A stretch of 64,000 nt of DNA. It comes from Vicinamibacterales bacterium. GTDB lineage: Bacteria; Acidobacteriota; Vicinamibacteria; Vicinamibacterales; JAMQPK01. The DNA lies in the NCBI GenBank assembly GCA_963762055.1, contig CAVXJF010000013.1, forward strand, positions 13,877 through 77,876, written 5' to 3'. Below the pieces are notes generated by a model, which was given only the letters and a program-made list of their open reading frames with translations, was not told the origin of the DNA and did not search any database. A program made the position numbers and the translations under genes. Below, piece by piece: positions 46,077-58,007 of this stretch (position 1 is its first letter; each line of letters opens with the position of its first letter).

Positions 46077-47054
46077 GTGCCAGGTGCAATGAATCTCGTC
46101 ATCACGTGGCGCGCAAATTATGAGGCAGAACGACTTGTGATACAAGGACTTCCCGTGCCGCTGATTGAATGTGTGCCGAACGTGAGCGATGGACGCCGTG
46201 CCGATGTCATTGCCGCGCTCGAAGCCGCGATTGCCGTCCCTGGCGTGCATCTGCTCGATCAGACGTCCGACCTGTCGCACAACCGATCCGTTTTTACGTT
46301 CGCGGGCGAGCCAAATATTGTGCAAGAAGCCGTACTTCGGCTGTTCGACACCGCCATCAATGCAATCGACCTCCGGACGCACGAAGGCGTACACCCGCGA
46401 ATCGGCGCCGTGGACGTCGTCCCGTTCGTTCCGCTCCGCGATGCGACGATGGAACTGTGCGTCGCAGTGGCGGCCGAGGTCGGCAGGACCGTGGCCGGCC
46501 GCTTTGGCCTGCCCGTATTTCTGTATGAAGAGGCCGCATCATCGGACGACCGGCGGAACCTCGCGGAAGTGCGGCGTGGGGGTCTCAACGGGCTCGCGCA
46601 TCGTATGCGGCAACCCGAGTGGAAACCCGACTTCGGTCCCGACCAACCGCACCCCAGCGCAGGCGCAACGGCGATCGGTGCTCGCCCGATCCTGATCGCG
46701 TACAACGTGAACCTCGCCACCACCCGTCTGAGCGTCGCGAAGCGCATCGCTTCGGTCATCCGTGCCAGCGGCGGCGGTCTGCCGTTCGTCAAGGCGATGG
46801 GCGTGCCTCTGGAGAATCGAGGGGTGGTTCAGGTATCGATGAACCTGACGAACTACCAGGAAACGTCGATGGTCACGGTGTTCGACGCGATCGCGAAAGA
46901 GGCATCGGCGGACGGCGTGCGAATACTCGAAAGCGAAATCGTCGGGCTCGTCCCGTCAAACGCGCTTCCTAACGAGCCCGCGAGGCGCCTGAAGCTGCGC
47001 TCTGAAGATCTCGGCAAGACATTGGAAGCGCGGCTAGCTGGCACTAGCCAGTAG
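46077..47054 (+). CDS. Glutamate formimidoyltransferase (FtcD N-terminal type)
   Basis: LIECVPNVSDGRRADVI...NRSVFTFAG...HPRIGAVDVVPFVP.... The start is uncertain (GTG 46077, ATG 46089 or GTG 46154). The last 7 codons lie inside the GGCTACT-type array. Confidence 0.8.
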   Translation: MPGAMNLVITWRANYEAERLVIQGLPVPLIECVPNVSDGRRADVIAALEAAIAVPGVHLLDQTSDLSHNRSVFTFAGEPNIVQEAVLRLFDTAINAIDLRTHEGVHPRIGAVDVVPFVPLRDATMELCVAVAAEVGRTVAGRFGLPVFLYEEAASSDDRRNLAEVRRGGLNGLAHRMRQPEWKPDFGPDQPHPSAGATAIGARPILIAYNVNLATTRLSVAKRIASVIRASGGGLPFVKAMGVPLENRGVVQVSMNLTNYQETSMVTVFDAIAKEASADGVRILESEIVGLVPSNALPNEPARRLKLRSEDLGKTLEARLAGTSQ

Positions 47055-47120
47055 CTACCGACTCGCTTTGCTACCAGCCTCAGGACTACCGGCCACTGGC
47101 TATTGGCTACTGGCTAGCTG
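47032..47120. repeat. GGCTACT-type heptamer array (locus 4 of 4), partly in both orientations
   Basis: ggctagctggcactagccagtagctaccgactcgctttgctaccagcctcaggactaccggccactggctattggctactggctagctg. It sits between convergent genes. Confidence 0.8.
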
Positions 47121-47131
47121 CACCGCACCCA

Positions 47132-48529
<1,398 letters not shown>

Positions 48530-48543
48530 TGTGGTTTGTACTT

Positions 48544-48615
48544 CACCGCAGAGGCGCGGCGGCGCAAAGAGTTTTTTCTAAAGGCAATTTGCAGCGTCCC
48601 CGCGTCTCTGCGGTG
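48544..48615. repeat. 16-nt inverted repeat in the kinase-regulator intergenic spacer
   Basis: CACCGCAGAGGCGCGG (48544-48559) and CCGCGTCTCTGCGGTG (48600-48615), with one mismatch and a 40-nt loop. Confidence 0.6.
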
Positions 48616-48626
48616 AGATTCCGTAC

Positions 48627-50843
48627 TCAACATGGCAGCTCGATCGTGAACTTGGTCCCGCGCGGCAGGTTGTCCCCGGCCTCGATCGTGCCGCCGTGTT
48701 CGGCGACGATACGCCGGACGATCGCGAGACCAAGGCCGCTGCCGCGGCGCTTGGTCGAATAATACGGCATGAACAGCTTCTCTCTTTCGGCCGCGGGAAT
48801 CCCGGGGCCGTCGTCGGCAACGACGAGGCGCACCATCGATGCGCTCGGATCGTGGCACGTTTCGACGGTGATGACGCCGGAACGATTCATTGCTTCGATC
48901 GCGTTGTCGACCAGATTGATGACCACCCGCCGGATCTGCTCGCCGTCGACGCGGACCTTCGGAAGTTTGTCCGCGAAATGCCGCTCGAACTGGACATCGC
49001 CCAGCAGGCCCGAATAAAGCGCGAGCGCCTCGTTGAGCACGGCGTGCAGGTCGGTCGGCACCGCGCGAGGCGCGGGCATGCGGGCGAACTGCGAGAACTC
49101 GTCCACCAGCGCCTTGAGCGAGTCCACTTCGCCGACGATGGTCGACGTGCATTCTTCGACGAGCGCCTGGGTCGGTCCGGATGCGGTGTTGAAGTGCCGG
49201 CGGATGCGTTCTGCGCACAACTGAATCGGCGTCAACGGATTTTTGATTTCGTGCGCGAGCCGGCGCGCGACCTCGCGCCATGCCGCCACCTTCTGGGCAC
49301 GGATCAGCGGCGTGACGTCGTCGACGACCAGCACCATGCCGTCGGTGCCTTCGCTGCCGCGCAGTGCCGTGGCAATGGCGGCGAGCTGGAGCTCGCGGTC
49401 GTCGCGCGACAACGCAATCTCCTGGGCTGAAGGCTCGGCCTTCCCGGTGGCCGCCGCGCGCAGCAGGGCCCCGAATGGCTGGAGATCTTCGCGCCCGAAC
49501 ACGTCCGTCGCCGGCAGGCCGACGGCCGAGGGACCGAGACCGAGCAGCCGCATGGCGGCGGTGTTGAGCGTGCTCACGTTGCCCGCTGCGTCGATCGACA
49601 CGACGCCGGTAGCGATGCGCTCGAGAATTGTCTCGATGTAGCGGCGGCGCCCCTCGACCTCTACGTGTTTGCGTTCCAGATCGACAGTCGAGCGTTCGAG
49701 CCGCCTGCGGCTCTTCCCGACCTCGTTGGCCATGCTGTTGAACGCCTCGACGAGCGACCCGAACTCATCGTCGCTCACCGTCTCCCGGTCCACTCGATAG
49801 TCCAGATGGCCTGCTTCGATTTCCCGCGCCGCCGTCGCCAGCCGCCGCACGGGTTCGGTAATCCGCTTCGCGAGATAGAGCCCCATCCATGTCGCGCCGA
49901 CGAGAATCATCAGCGTCATCATGAGGAAAAAAGAAAGATATACGCCGGCGAGCGGGCGCCGCAGCACCTCGAGCTGCCGGTAATCCTCATAGGCATCGGT
50001 AATGCGCCGCGCGCGCGAGGCGAGCTCGCCCGTCAAAAAGTCGCTGACGACCACGACCGCTGCAGGCGGCCCTGAGCCTTGTCGGCGCACGATGGCCGAC
50101 GCGCGGATCAGTTCTCCGCCGTCAGGCAGCTGTTCCGGCGTCGGTGGCTCGTTCTGGCCAACCGCGGCACGACTCGCCATGTGGTCGGCCACGGCTTTCG
50201 TATAGCCGCGCGGCATGTCGGGAGCCGCCACATCGACATACGGCATCGCTTCGGGAGGATCGGTGCCGGGCGTGACGCGATACACCTCGACCATCTTCAC
50301 GCGGCCCTGCCTCACCTCGGGCAGAATGCGATCGCGCACGGCGCCGACGTTGGTCCCTTCGAATGACGCCTCGGACAGAGCACTGGCCAGACGCTGGGCT
50401 TCGGCGGTGACGCGCGCCTGCCGCTCGCGGTAATAGTCGCTGGCGATCAGATCGGCCGCTGTCAGCACTTCGTCCACGGGCGCGTTGAACCAACGGCCCA
50501 CGCTGTTGCGAATCAGCTCGCTACCAACCAGCAGAACGAGCACGGCAGGCACCAGCGTCATGCCGAGCAGCACCGCCACGAGCTTGCCTCGAAAACGTGC
50601 GAACGGCAGCGCGCGGCGGCGTTCGACGATCAGCTTGATGACGTTGCGCGCGAGAACGAATGTGAGGCCCAGGAGGATCGTGAGGTCGGCGACCCATAAT
50701 CCGTAGAGGACGAACTCGGTGAGGAAATCGGGAGACAGCCCGGCAGACCGGTTGGCGAGCGAGACGATCCCGGCCAGGGCCGCCAGCAGCAGGATTATCC
50801 CGGCAAGAATGAGCCGCGGATTATCGCGCAGCGGTCTTTTCAT
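48627..50843 (-). CDS. Sensor histidine kinase (NtrY-like: 4 TM, HAMP, PAS, HisKA, HATPase)
   Basis: Start at MKRPLRDNP (50843), overlapping the nrdR stop (ATGA). H-box [16 protein letters not shown] boxes [26 protein letters not shown]. Confidence 0.9.
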   Translation of the reverse strand: MKRPLRDNPRLILAGIILLLAALAGIVSLANRSAGLSPDFLTEFVLYGLWVADLTILLGLTFVLARNVIKLIVERRRALPFARFRGKLVAVLLGMTLVPAVLVLLVGSELIRNSVGRWFNAPVDEVLTAADLIASDYYRERQARVTAEAQRLASALSEASFEGTNVGAVRDRILPEVRQGRVKMVEVYRVTPGTDPPEAMPYVDVAAPDMPRGYTKAVADHMASRAAVGQNEPPTPEQLPDGGELIRASAIVRRQGSGPPAAVVVVSDFLTGELASRARRITDAYEDYRQLEVLRRPLAGVYLSFFLMMTLMILVGATWMGLYLAKRITEPVRRLATAAREIEAGHLDYRVDRETVSDDEFGSLVEAFNSMANEVGKSRRRLERSTVDLERKHVEVEGRRRYIETILERIATGVVSIDAAGNVSTLNTAAMRLLGLGPSAVGLPATDVFGREDLQPFGALLRAAATGKAEPSAQEIALSRDDRELQLAAIATALRGSEGTDGMVLVVDDVTPLIRAQKVAAWREVARRLAHEIKNPLTPIQLCAERIRRHFNTASGPTQALVEECTSTIVGEVDSLKALVDEFSQFARMPAPRAVPTDLHAVLNEALALYSGLLGDVQFERHFADKLPKVRVDGEQIRRVVINLVDNAIEAMNRSGVITVETCHDPSASMVRLVVADDGPGIPAAEREKLFMPYYSTKRRGSGLGLAIVRRIVAEHGGTIEAGDNLPRGTKFTIELPC

Positions 50844-51298
50844 TCTTTCGCGTTCAGCAGATCTTTCAGCTCGGTCATGAATTCCCCGATATCGCGGAAA
50901 TGGCGGTAGACCGATGCGAACCGCACGTAGGCAACCTTGTCGAGTTTCTTGAGCTCCTGCATGACGAACGCGCCAATCTCGTTCGTGGTGATTTCCTTCT
51001 CGGTGCGCTCCTGCAGCGTGCTCTCCACGCGATCGGCAATCGCTTCGAGCGATGAGACGCTCACCGGGCGCTTCTCGCACGCTTTCAGAAGCCCGGTGAC
51101 GAGCTTCTGCCGCTCGAACCGTTCCCGCGTGCCGTCTTTTTTGACGACCATGTAGGGAATTTCGTCGATGCGCTCGTAGCTCGTGAAGCGCTTCCCGCAG
51201 CCAAGACATTCGCGACGCCGGCGGATGACTTCGCCCTCGCGACTCTCGCGCGAGTCGACGACTTTATCCCCCAGATGCGCGCAATACGGACATTTCAT
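50840..51298 (-). CDS. nrdR: Transcriptional repressor NrdR
   Basis: [36 protein letters not shown] plus an ATP-cone. Confidence 0.95.
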   Translation of the reverse strand: MKCPYCAHLGDKVVDSRESREGEVIRRRRECLGCGKRFTSYERIDEIPYMVVKKDGTRERFERQKLVTGLLKACEKRPVSVSSLEAIADRVESTLQERTEKEITTNEIGAFVMQELKKLDKVAYVRFASVYRHFRDIGEFMTELKDLLNAKE

Positions 51299-51320
51299 CG
51301 CCAGTACCCGTAACAAGAGC

Positions 51321-51378
51321 CCAGGAGATCAGGAGGTCCTGGCATTTTTGAAAAGATCTCCTGACCTTTTGATCTCCT
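51321..51378. repeat. Palindromic AGGAGATC / GATCTCCT repeat block
   Basis: ccAGGAGATCAGGAGGTCctggcatttttgaaaaGATCTCCTGACCttttGATCTCCTg, between the membrane-protein stop and the nrdR start. Confidence 0.65.
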
Positions 51379-51380
51379 GT

Positions 51381-52406
51381 TCAAGGTTCCCCCTCAGCCG
51401 CTGCGTGCGCGAGATTGCGAACCGCGCCGATACCGAGACCGTCTTGAATCAGAAACAGCGCGCCGAGCACGACCGTGGGCAGCAGCGACACCGCATGGAG
51501 CACGAGCGCGGCGCCGACGGCTCGATCGTTCGGCACGCCATAAAACGAGGTGAGGCCAATTTGCACCGCCGCCTCGAATCCGCCGACCCCGCCGGGCGTG
51601 GGCACCGACACGCCGACGACCAGCAGCGCGATGATGAGAAACGATCCGGTGAACGGCATGTCGATATTGAACGCCCGGGTCACCATCCAGATGCCCGCGC
51701 CTATCGACAGCCACAGGGGAAACGACCACAGAAGCGCCGAGGCAAGACGTCTGGGAGTGCGGACGACAGCAAGGCCCTCGGAAAACTTCAGCAGCACTCC
51801 CGCCAGCTTGTGCGTCAGACGTCCCGGCAGCAGATGTTCGAGCTTGTACGCCCATCGGCCGGCGGCCTCAGGATCTCGCGCGGCGACGAACATCGCCCAC
51901 AGCGCCGCCAGCGCCAATACGCCGACAATGAGCGCACCGAGCTCGACGAGCCCGTACAGCCGGCTGTCGGCGCGATCCATCCCGGGATCGAAAAACAGCA
52001 CGAACGAAGCGAGCAGCATCACGCACGTGATCGCGTCGAGCAGACGCTCAATGATGATGGTGGCGAACGTCGCCGTCGCGCTCAAGCCTTCCTGCCGGGC
52101 GAGCAGATATGGGCGAATGACCTCACCGGCGCGAGCCGGAAGCACCGCACTGGCAGCAAAGCCGATCATCGTCGTGCGGAATGCCGGGCCAAACCGCGCC
52201 GGGCCGATCGGCGCGAGCAGGTACTGCCACCTGAGCGCGCGGAACACCATCGTCAGCACGGTGATGGCGCTTGACAGGGCCAGCAGCCATTGTTCGGCGC
52301 CCTTGATCTCGGCCCAGACCACGTCGAGGTGCGCCCCGCGCAAGAAAAGCGCGAAGAGGCCGACAGACAGCGCGATGACGATTATGGTGCGGGCGTGTTT
52401 TCGCAT
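51381..52406 (-). CDS. Flippase-like / lysylphosphatidylglycerol-synthase-TM-region family membrane protein (UPF0104)
   Basis: 341 aa, ~8 TM. MRKHARTIIVIALSVGLFALFLRG...RALRWQYLL... pattern. Confidence 0.65.
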   Translation of the reverse strand: MRKHARTIIVIALSVGLFALFLRGAHLDVVWAEIKGAEQWLLALSSAITVLTMVFRALRWQYLLAPIGPARFGPAFRTTMIGFAASAVLPARAGEVIRPYLLARQEGLSATATFATIIIERLLDAITCVMLLASFVLFFDPGMDRADSRLYGLVELGALIVGVLALAALWAMFVAARDPEAAGRWAYKLEHLLPGRLTHKLAGVLLKFSEGLAVVRTPRRLASALLWSFPLWLSIGAGIWMVTRAFNIDMPFTGSFLIIALLVVGVSVPTPGGVGGFEAAVQIGLTSFYGVPNDRAVGAALVLHAVSLLPTVVLGALFLIQDGLGIGAVRNLAHAAAEGEP

Positions 52407-52542
52407 GAATTACCGGGAAAAACGGCGCGTCTACTATAAGGGGGGTTGCGGGGATTACCAAGAGCGCATTAGTAGTGGTGTTGCTACTCGGTAGCGTCCC
52501 CGGTAAAATCCCCTCTTCCTTTTTGGCTTCTGAGGTCTCGCA

Positions 52543-53464
52543 TTGGCATCCTCCTCACTCATTCTTGAAACATCTCTGGACGGCCTTACCCGGCACAATC
52601 AGGGAAAGGTTCGCGATATTTACGCGTTTCCCGACGACCCCAGCGTCCTTCTGATCGTCGCGACCGACCGTATCTCGGCGTTCGATTACGTGCTGGGATC
52701 CGGCATTCCCGACAAGGGGAAGGTGCTCACGCAGCTTTCGGCTTTCTGGTTCGGCGAAACGAGCGACATCGTCGCCAATCACATGCGCTCGACGCGCGTC
52801 GAGGATTTCCCGGCGATCGCACGGAAGCACCACGAAGCGCTGCAGGGCCGTTCGATGCTCGTCCGCAAGACCGAGCCCTTCCCGATCGAGTGTGTGGCGC
52901 GCGGTTATCTTTCCGGTTCAGGCTGGAAGGAGTATCAGCAGTCGGGCTCGGTCTGCGGGATACGGCTGCCGGAAAGCCTTCGTGAATCCGATCGGCTTCC
53001 CGAACCGATCTTCACGCCCGCAACCAAGGCCACGACCGGCCACGACGTGAACATATCGGAGGAAGAAGCCGGGCGGATCGTCGGACGGGAGACGATTGAA
53101 AAGCTGCGCGACATGACGTTGCGCCTGTATTCGCGGGGCGCGGCCCACGCCGAACATCGCGGCATCATCGTCGCCGACACGAAGTTCGAGTTCGGCCGGA
53201 TCCTCGACGGGCCCAATGCCGGTGAGATTCTCCTGATCGACGAAGGTGCTCACCCCGGACTCGTCGCGCTTCTGGCCGCGCGATATCTACGCGCCCGGCG
53301 GTCCCCAGCCAAGCTTCGACAAACAGTTCGTTCGCGACTATCTCGAGTCCATTCGGTGGAACAAACAGCCGCCGGTGCCTTCACTCCCGGAGGATGTCAT
53401 CGTCAAGACGCGCGAGAAATACATCCAGGCGTTCCGGCTCTTGAGCAGCCTCGAGCTCGAATGA
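52543..53464 (+). pseudogene. purC: Phosphoribosylaminoimidazole-succinocarboxamide synthase, interrupted by a 1-nt frameshift
   Basis: Residues 1-234 are in ORF 52543..53670 (GKVRDIY...ATDRISAFD...ARGYLSGSGWKEY...FTPATK...ADTKFEFG...ILLIDE). The remainder is in the +1 frame, ORF 53246..53464 ([11 protein letters not shown]...[10 protein letters not shown]...). The junction is at the GG at 53245-53246. Confidence 0.85.
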
Positions 53465-53670
53465 ACGAACGTTTGGACCGGCTGATTGAAGAGATGGTCG
53501 CGAAGGGGATTCGATTTCCCGACGCCACGCGAGAGTTCGAGAAGCGGTTCATCACCCGCGTGCTGGCTGCCTCGGACGGCAACCTGTCAAAAGCGGCCGA
53601 CGTGCTGGGACTCCACCGAAACACGCTCAGCCGCAAGATTGCCGAGCACCGCATCAAGAGGAGACCCTGA
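53461..53670 (+). CDS. Fis-family helix-turn-helix DNA-binding protein (69 aa)
   Basis: [13 protein letters not shown]...[35 protein letters not shown]. Its ATG overlaps the purC stop (ATGA). Confidence 0.75.
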   Translation: MNERLDRLIEEMVAKGIRFPDATREFEKRFITRVLAASDGNLSKAADVLGLHRNTLSRKIAEHRIKRRP

Positions 53671-53688
53671 AAACCCCCTTCCCACTTT

Positions 53689-53716
53689 TTAAGCACTCAC
53701 CCCTTGACAGTGCTAA
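53689..53716 (+). promoter_or_regulatory. Degenerate CIRCE-like inverted repeat overlapping the -35 box
   Basis: TTAAGCACTC-acccc ttga-CAGTGCTAA, compared with the consensus TTAGCACTC-N9-GAGTGCTAA. Confidence 0.5.
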
Positions 53717-53732
53717 TTCGGAGGGTTAAATT
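53704..53732 (+). promoter_or_regulatory. Sigma-70-type promoter of groES-groEL
   Basis: TTGACA (53704-53709), 17-nt spacer, TAAATT (53727-53732). Confidence 0.6.
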
Positions 53733-53757
53733 AGCACTCTTGTAAGGCGAGTGCTAA
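53731..53757 (+). promoter_or_regulatory. CIRCE operator (HrcA binding site)
   Basis: Perfect match: TTAGCACTC-ttgtaaggc-GAGTGCTAA. Confidence 0.9.
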
Positions 53758-53868
53758 AGCCTGTCTGGGCCCGGTCCGAGCAGTAAGGACTATGGCCAGG
53801 CAGGGCGCCTCGGAGAATTCCTTTTTCGTTCGAGAAAACACGTAATTCACTCACAGCTGGAGCGACCT

Positions 53869-54180
53869 ATGAACGCAAGACCGCTACACGACCGCATCCT
53901 CGTTCAGCGCATCGAGGAAGGGGAACAGAAGATCGGCGGGATTATCATCCCCGACTCCGCCAAGGAAAAACCGCAGCAGGGCAAAGTCGTTGCCGTGGGC
54001 AACGGCAAGGTGAAGGACGACGGCGGGCGTATCCCCCTCGATGTCAAGGCCGGCGACCTCATTCTGTTCGGCAAGTACTCGGGGCAGGAGATCAAGCTCG
54101 ACGGCGACGAATACCTCATCATGCGCGAAGACGAAGTGCTCGCGGTGATCGATTCGGGCAGCGGCAGCAAAAAGAAGTAA
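53869..54180 (+). CDS. groES: Co-chaperonin GroES
   Basis: [43 protein letters not shown]. Confidence 0.97.
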   Translation: MNARPLHDRILVQRIEEGEQKIGGIIIPDSAKEKPQQGKVVAVGNGKVKDDGGRIPLDVKAGDLILFGKYSGQEIKLDGDEYLIMREDEVLAVIDSGSGSKKK

Positions 54181-55830
<1,650 letters not shown>

Positions 55831-55842
55831 CTGACGCTGTAA

Positions 55843-55960
55843 GTAAAAAGTCGAAAGTAGAAAGTAGAAAGTGTAAAGGCCCGGCGGAGAAACTCTGCCG
55901 GGCCTTTACTTTTTACTTCTTACTTTTTACTTTTTACTTTTACTTTCGACTTTCGACTAC
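55843..55960. repeat. Inverted heptamer arms (GTNGAAA x5 ... TTTNNAC x8) flanking the groEL terminator
   Basis: Left arm: gtaaaaa gtcgaaa gtagaaa gtagaaa gtgtaaa. Right arm: cctttac tttttac ttcttac tttttac tttttac ttttac tttcgac tttcgac. Confidence 0.85.
55873..55915 (+). terminator. Rho-independent terminator of groEL (bidirectional with tonB)
   Basis: GTAAAGGCCCGGC-ggagaaactct-GCCGGGCCTTTAC followed by TTTTT. Confidence 0.85.
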
Positions 55961-55966
55961 CCCGCA

Positions 55967-56818
55967 TCACCTAAGCGTGAACGCGATCGCGATTGTGACG
56001 AGCACCGGGACCGGCTCGCCTTTGCGCGTGCCGGGCGCGAAGCGCCATTGACGCGCCGCGACGATGGCTTCCTGGTCGAGGCCGAAGGTCGGATCGAGCG
56101 ACCGCACGACGCGGATGTTGCCGACGGTGCCGTCGGGCTGTACCACGCATTCGAGCAGCACTTCGCCCTGGATTTTCGCGCGCATCGCGGGGGCAGTGTA
56201 TTTCGGCTTCACTTCCCTGAGGAGCCGCGGCGTCTCGACACCATTGCCGGGCCGGTACGCGCCGCCGCCGGTGCCACCGCCGCTGCCGGGTCCAAGTCCC
56301 GAGCCCTGGCCGGGACCGATACCCGTGCCAACGCCCGTTCCCGCACCACCCTCACGGCCGAGCCCCAGCGATTCGCTGGACGGGATTCCCTCCATCGCTC
56401 CGGCTTGCGCCAGGTCGGCCGACGCGAGCGTCTGCGCGGGAATGGTGAGGTTCTGCATCGGATCTTCCGGCGGCTTTTCCTTGGGCGGCTGAATGTCCAC
56501 TGGTTTCGCGACCGGAACGGTCAGCTTGTCCTCACCTTTCAGCTCGGCTTTCTTGATGGGCTCGGGCCTCTCGTTTCCACCGCCGCCACCGCCGCCGCCG
56601 GGACCAGCGACGTCGAGCCAGACGATCTGATCGCTGAGATCGTTGAATGCCGCATTCGCGGCGGGCGCCACCGATGGATGGCGCGCAACCCAGATCGCGA
56701 GCGCGAACAGAACGGCGTGGACTCCCAGCGAAACGGCAAGGGAGCCGCCCGAACGCTTCCGCGACTCCTGAAACAGGAATCGAACTTCCGCCGGTGCGTC
56801 TATGCGAAGATCACTCAT
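55967..56818 (-). CDS. tonB: Energy transducer TonB
   Basis: N-terminal TM, a Pro/Gly-rich linker, and the C-terminal TonB domain (PKYTAPAMRAKIQGEVLLECVVQPDGTVGNIRVVRSLD...LDQEAIVAARQWRFAPG). Confidence 0.85.
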   Translation of the reverse strand: MSDLRIDAPAEVRFLFQESRKRSGGSLAVSLGVHAVLFALAIWVARHPSVAPAANAAFNDLSDQIVWLDVAGPGGGGGGGGNERPEPIKKAELKGEDKLTVPVAKPVDIQPPKEKPPEDPMQNLTIPAQTLASADLAQAGAMEGIPSSESLGLGREGGAGTGVGTGIGPGQGSGLGPGSGGGTGGGAYRPGNGVETPRLLREVKPKYTAPAMRAKIQGEVLLECVVQPDGTVGNIRVVRSLDPTFGLDQEAIVAARQWRFAPGTRKGEPVPVLVTIAIAFTLR

Positions 56819-56908
56819 GTAATGGGAATTGCGAGCCAGATCCTATTCTGCGCCCTCGTCTGGCGAGGTGCAAGTCGGCAAATGTAGTTCCGTACTCCGC
56901 ACGAATTC

Positions 56909-57367
56909 TCAGACCCGTCCTGTCCAGGCTCCAATCGCGGCGTTGCCGCCACCATAGGAGTGCAGCACAGCGAGGGCATCGGCGGCCCGGGGCTCACTGT
57001 GGATTGCCACCAGCACACCACCACGGCCTGTGAGGACATGAAAAATCCGGCCGTCATGCTGCTGGAATCCGACGCGGCGCATCGTGCCGGCAATGCCGGC
57101 TTTCGTCAGCCCCTGATCGCTACCCTGCAGGGCGGCGACCAGCGGGCCGCGCCCCACCGCGGGGCCGAGATCGTGAATCTCGAACGATTGTGGCCCTCCG
57201 AGGGCTTGCTCGATGAACGCCGACATCTCTGGCGAGGCTTTGCCGATGATCGACAACGCCTCCACGGCAATCCCTTGTGCGCGGAGCGCCTGGACGCCCT
57301 TCTCCGCCCATGCGATGTCCTGAAACACGCCCACGGTGAAACGGCCGGTATCTGTCTCGACTGCCAT
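56909..57367 (-). CDS. YflT / general-stress-protein-17M-like domain protein
   Basis: VGVFQDIAWAEKGVQALRAQGIAVEALSIIGK... at the N-terminus and a Gly-rich middle. It is a paralogue of the upstream neighbour. Confidence 0.5.
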   Translation of the reverse strand: MAVETDTGRFTVGVFQDIAWAEKGVQALRAQGIAVEALSIIGKASPEMSAFIEQALGGPQSFEIHDLGPAVGRGPLVAALQGSDQGLTKAGIAGTMRRVGFQQHDGRIFHVLTGRGGVLVAIHSEPRAADALAVLHSYGGGNAAIGAWTGRV

Positions 57368-57380
57368 CTACCCTCGCCTT

Positions 57381-57899
57381 TCAGTCAGCGTCCCACTCGG
57401 TCGCGACGACCGGGCCCGCGCTGTGTTTCATCAGCGCCGCTTCGACGCGGCGGCTGTCCACGCCCCGCGCGTGTGCGCCAAGCAAAATCATCTCGCCGCT
57501 CTCGATCTGCGCGCGCCATCGCCCGGCTTCAGCCTCGGGGACGCCGGCTTTGACCAGCGCCGCTTTGAGGTCGCCGGCAAGGTGCCCCGCCACTTCTCCC
57601 AACTCAGCCGCAAGCGGTCCGGCGGCCACCACTGCGCCAGTGCCCGGAAGGCCGATGGCAATGGCGGCGAGCACATACCCACTCAACTCGCCGAGACGCG
57701 CCGCCATGGGAGAGTCTCCGATTTCCGACCCCGGGCTGCCGTCGATCTGCTGGGCGATTTGTTCCTCGGCCGCATGGTCGCGGGCGACGATCGAAAGATC
57801 CGCCGCGCCCAACCCGAGTTGATGCAGCTCTCGCGCAGCCCCGGCGGCAGCGCTGACGTCCTGGAAGAGGGCCATTAACAATGGGTGCGGCATTGGCAC
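57381..57899 (-). CDS. YflT / general-stress-protein-17M-like domain protein (paralogue)
   Basis: MALFQDVSAAAGAARELHQLGLGAADLSIVAR..., then a hydrophobic Gly/Ala segment (GYVLAAIAIGLPGTGAVVAAGPLAA). The start may be M9 (57875). Confidence 0.5.
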   Translation of the reverse strand: MPMPHPLLMALFQDVSAAAGAARELHQLGLGAADLSIVARDHAAEEQIAQQIDGSPGSEIGDSPMAARLGELSGYVLAAIAIGLPGTGAVVAAGPLAAELGEVAGHLAGDLKAALVKAGVPEAEAGRWRAQIESGEMILLGAHARGVDSRRVEAALMKHSAGPVVATEWDAD

Positions 57900-58007
57900 G
57901 TTAATCTATCGGTACTCGCTGGCATTGCTGGTACAATCAGACGCGTCGATTTGTCCCACGGACGCTAGATTTCACGTCAGTTTCAGTCAGCCAGCAAGGA
58001 GCCAGCA

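Noticed and set aside
51337-51356. Sigma-54 promoter candidate CTGGCATTTTTGAAAA near nrdR, and GGCAATTTGCA at about 48583.
   Set aside because: Spacing and the -12 element do not fit TGGCAC-N5-TTGC(A/T). Orientation is also wrong relative to the neighbouring minus-strand genes.
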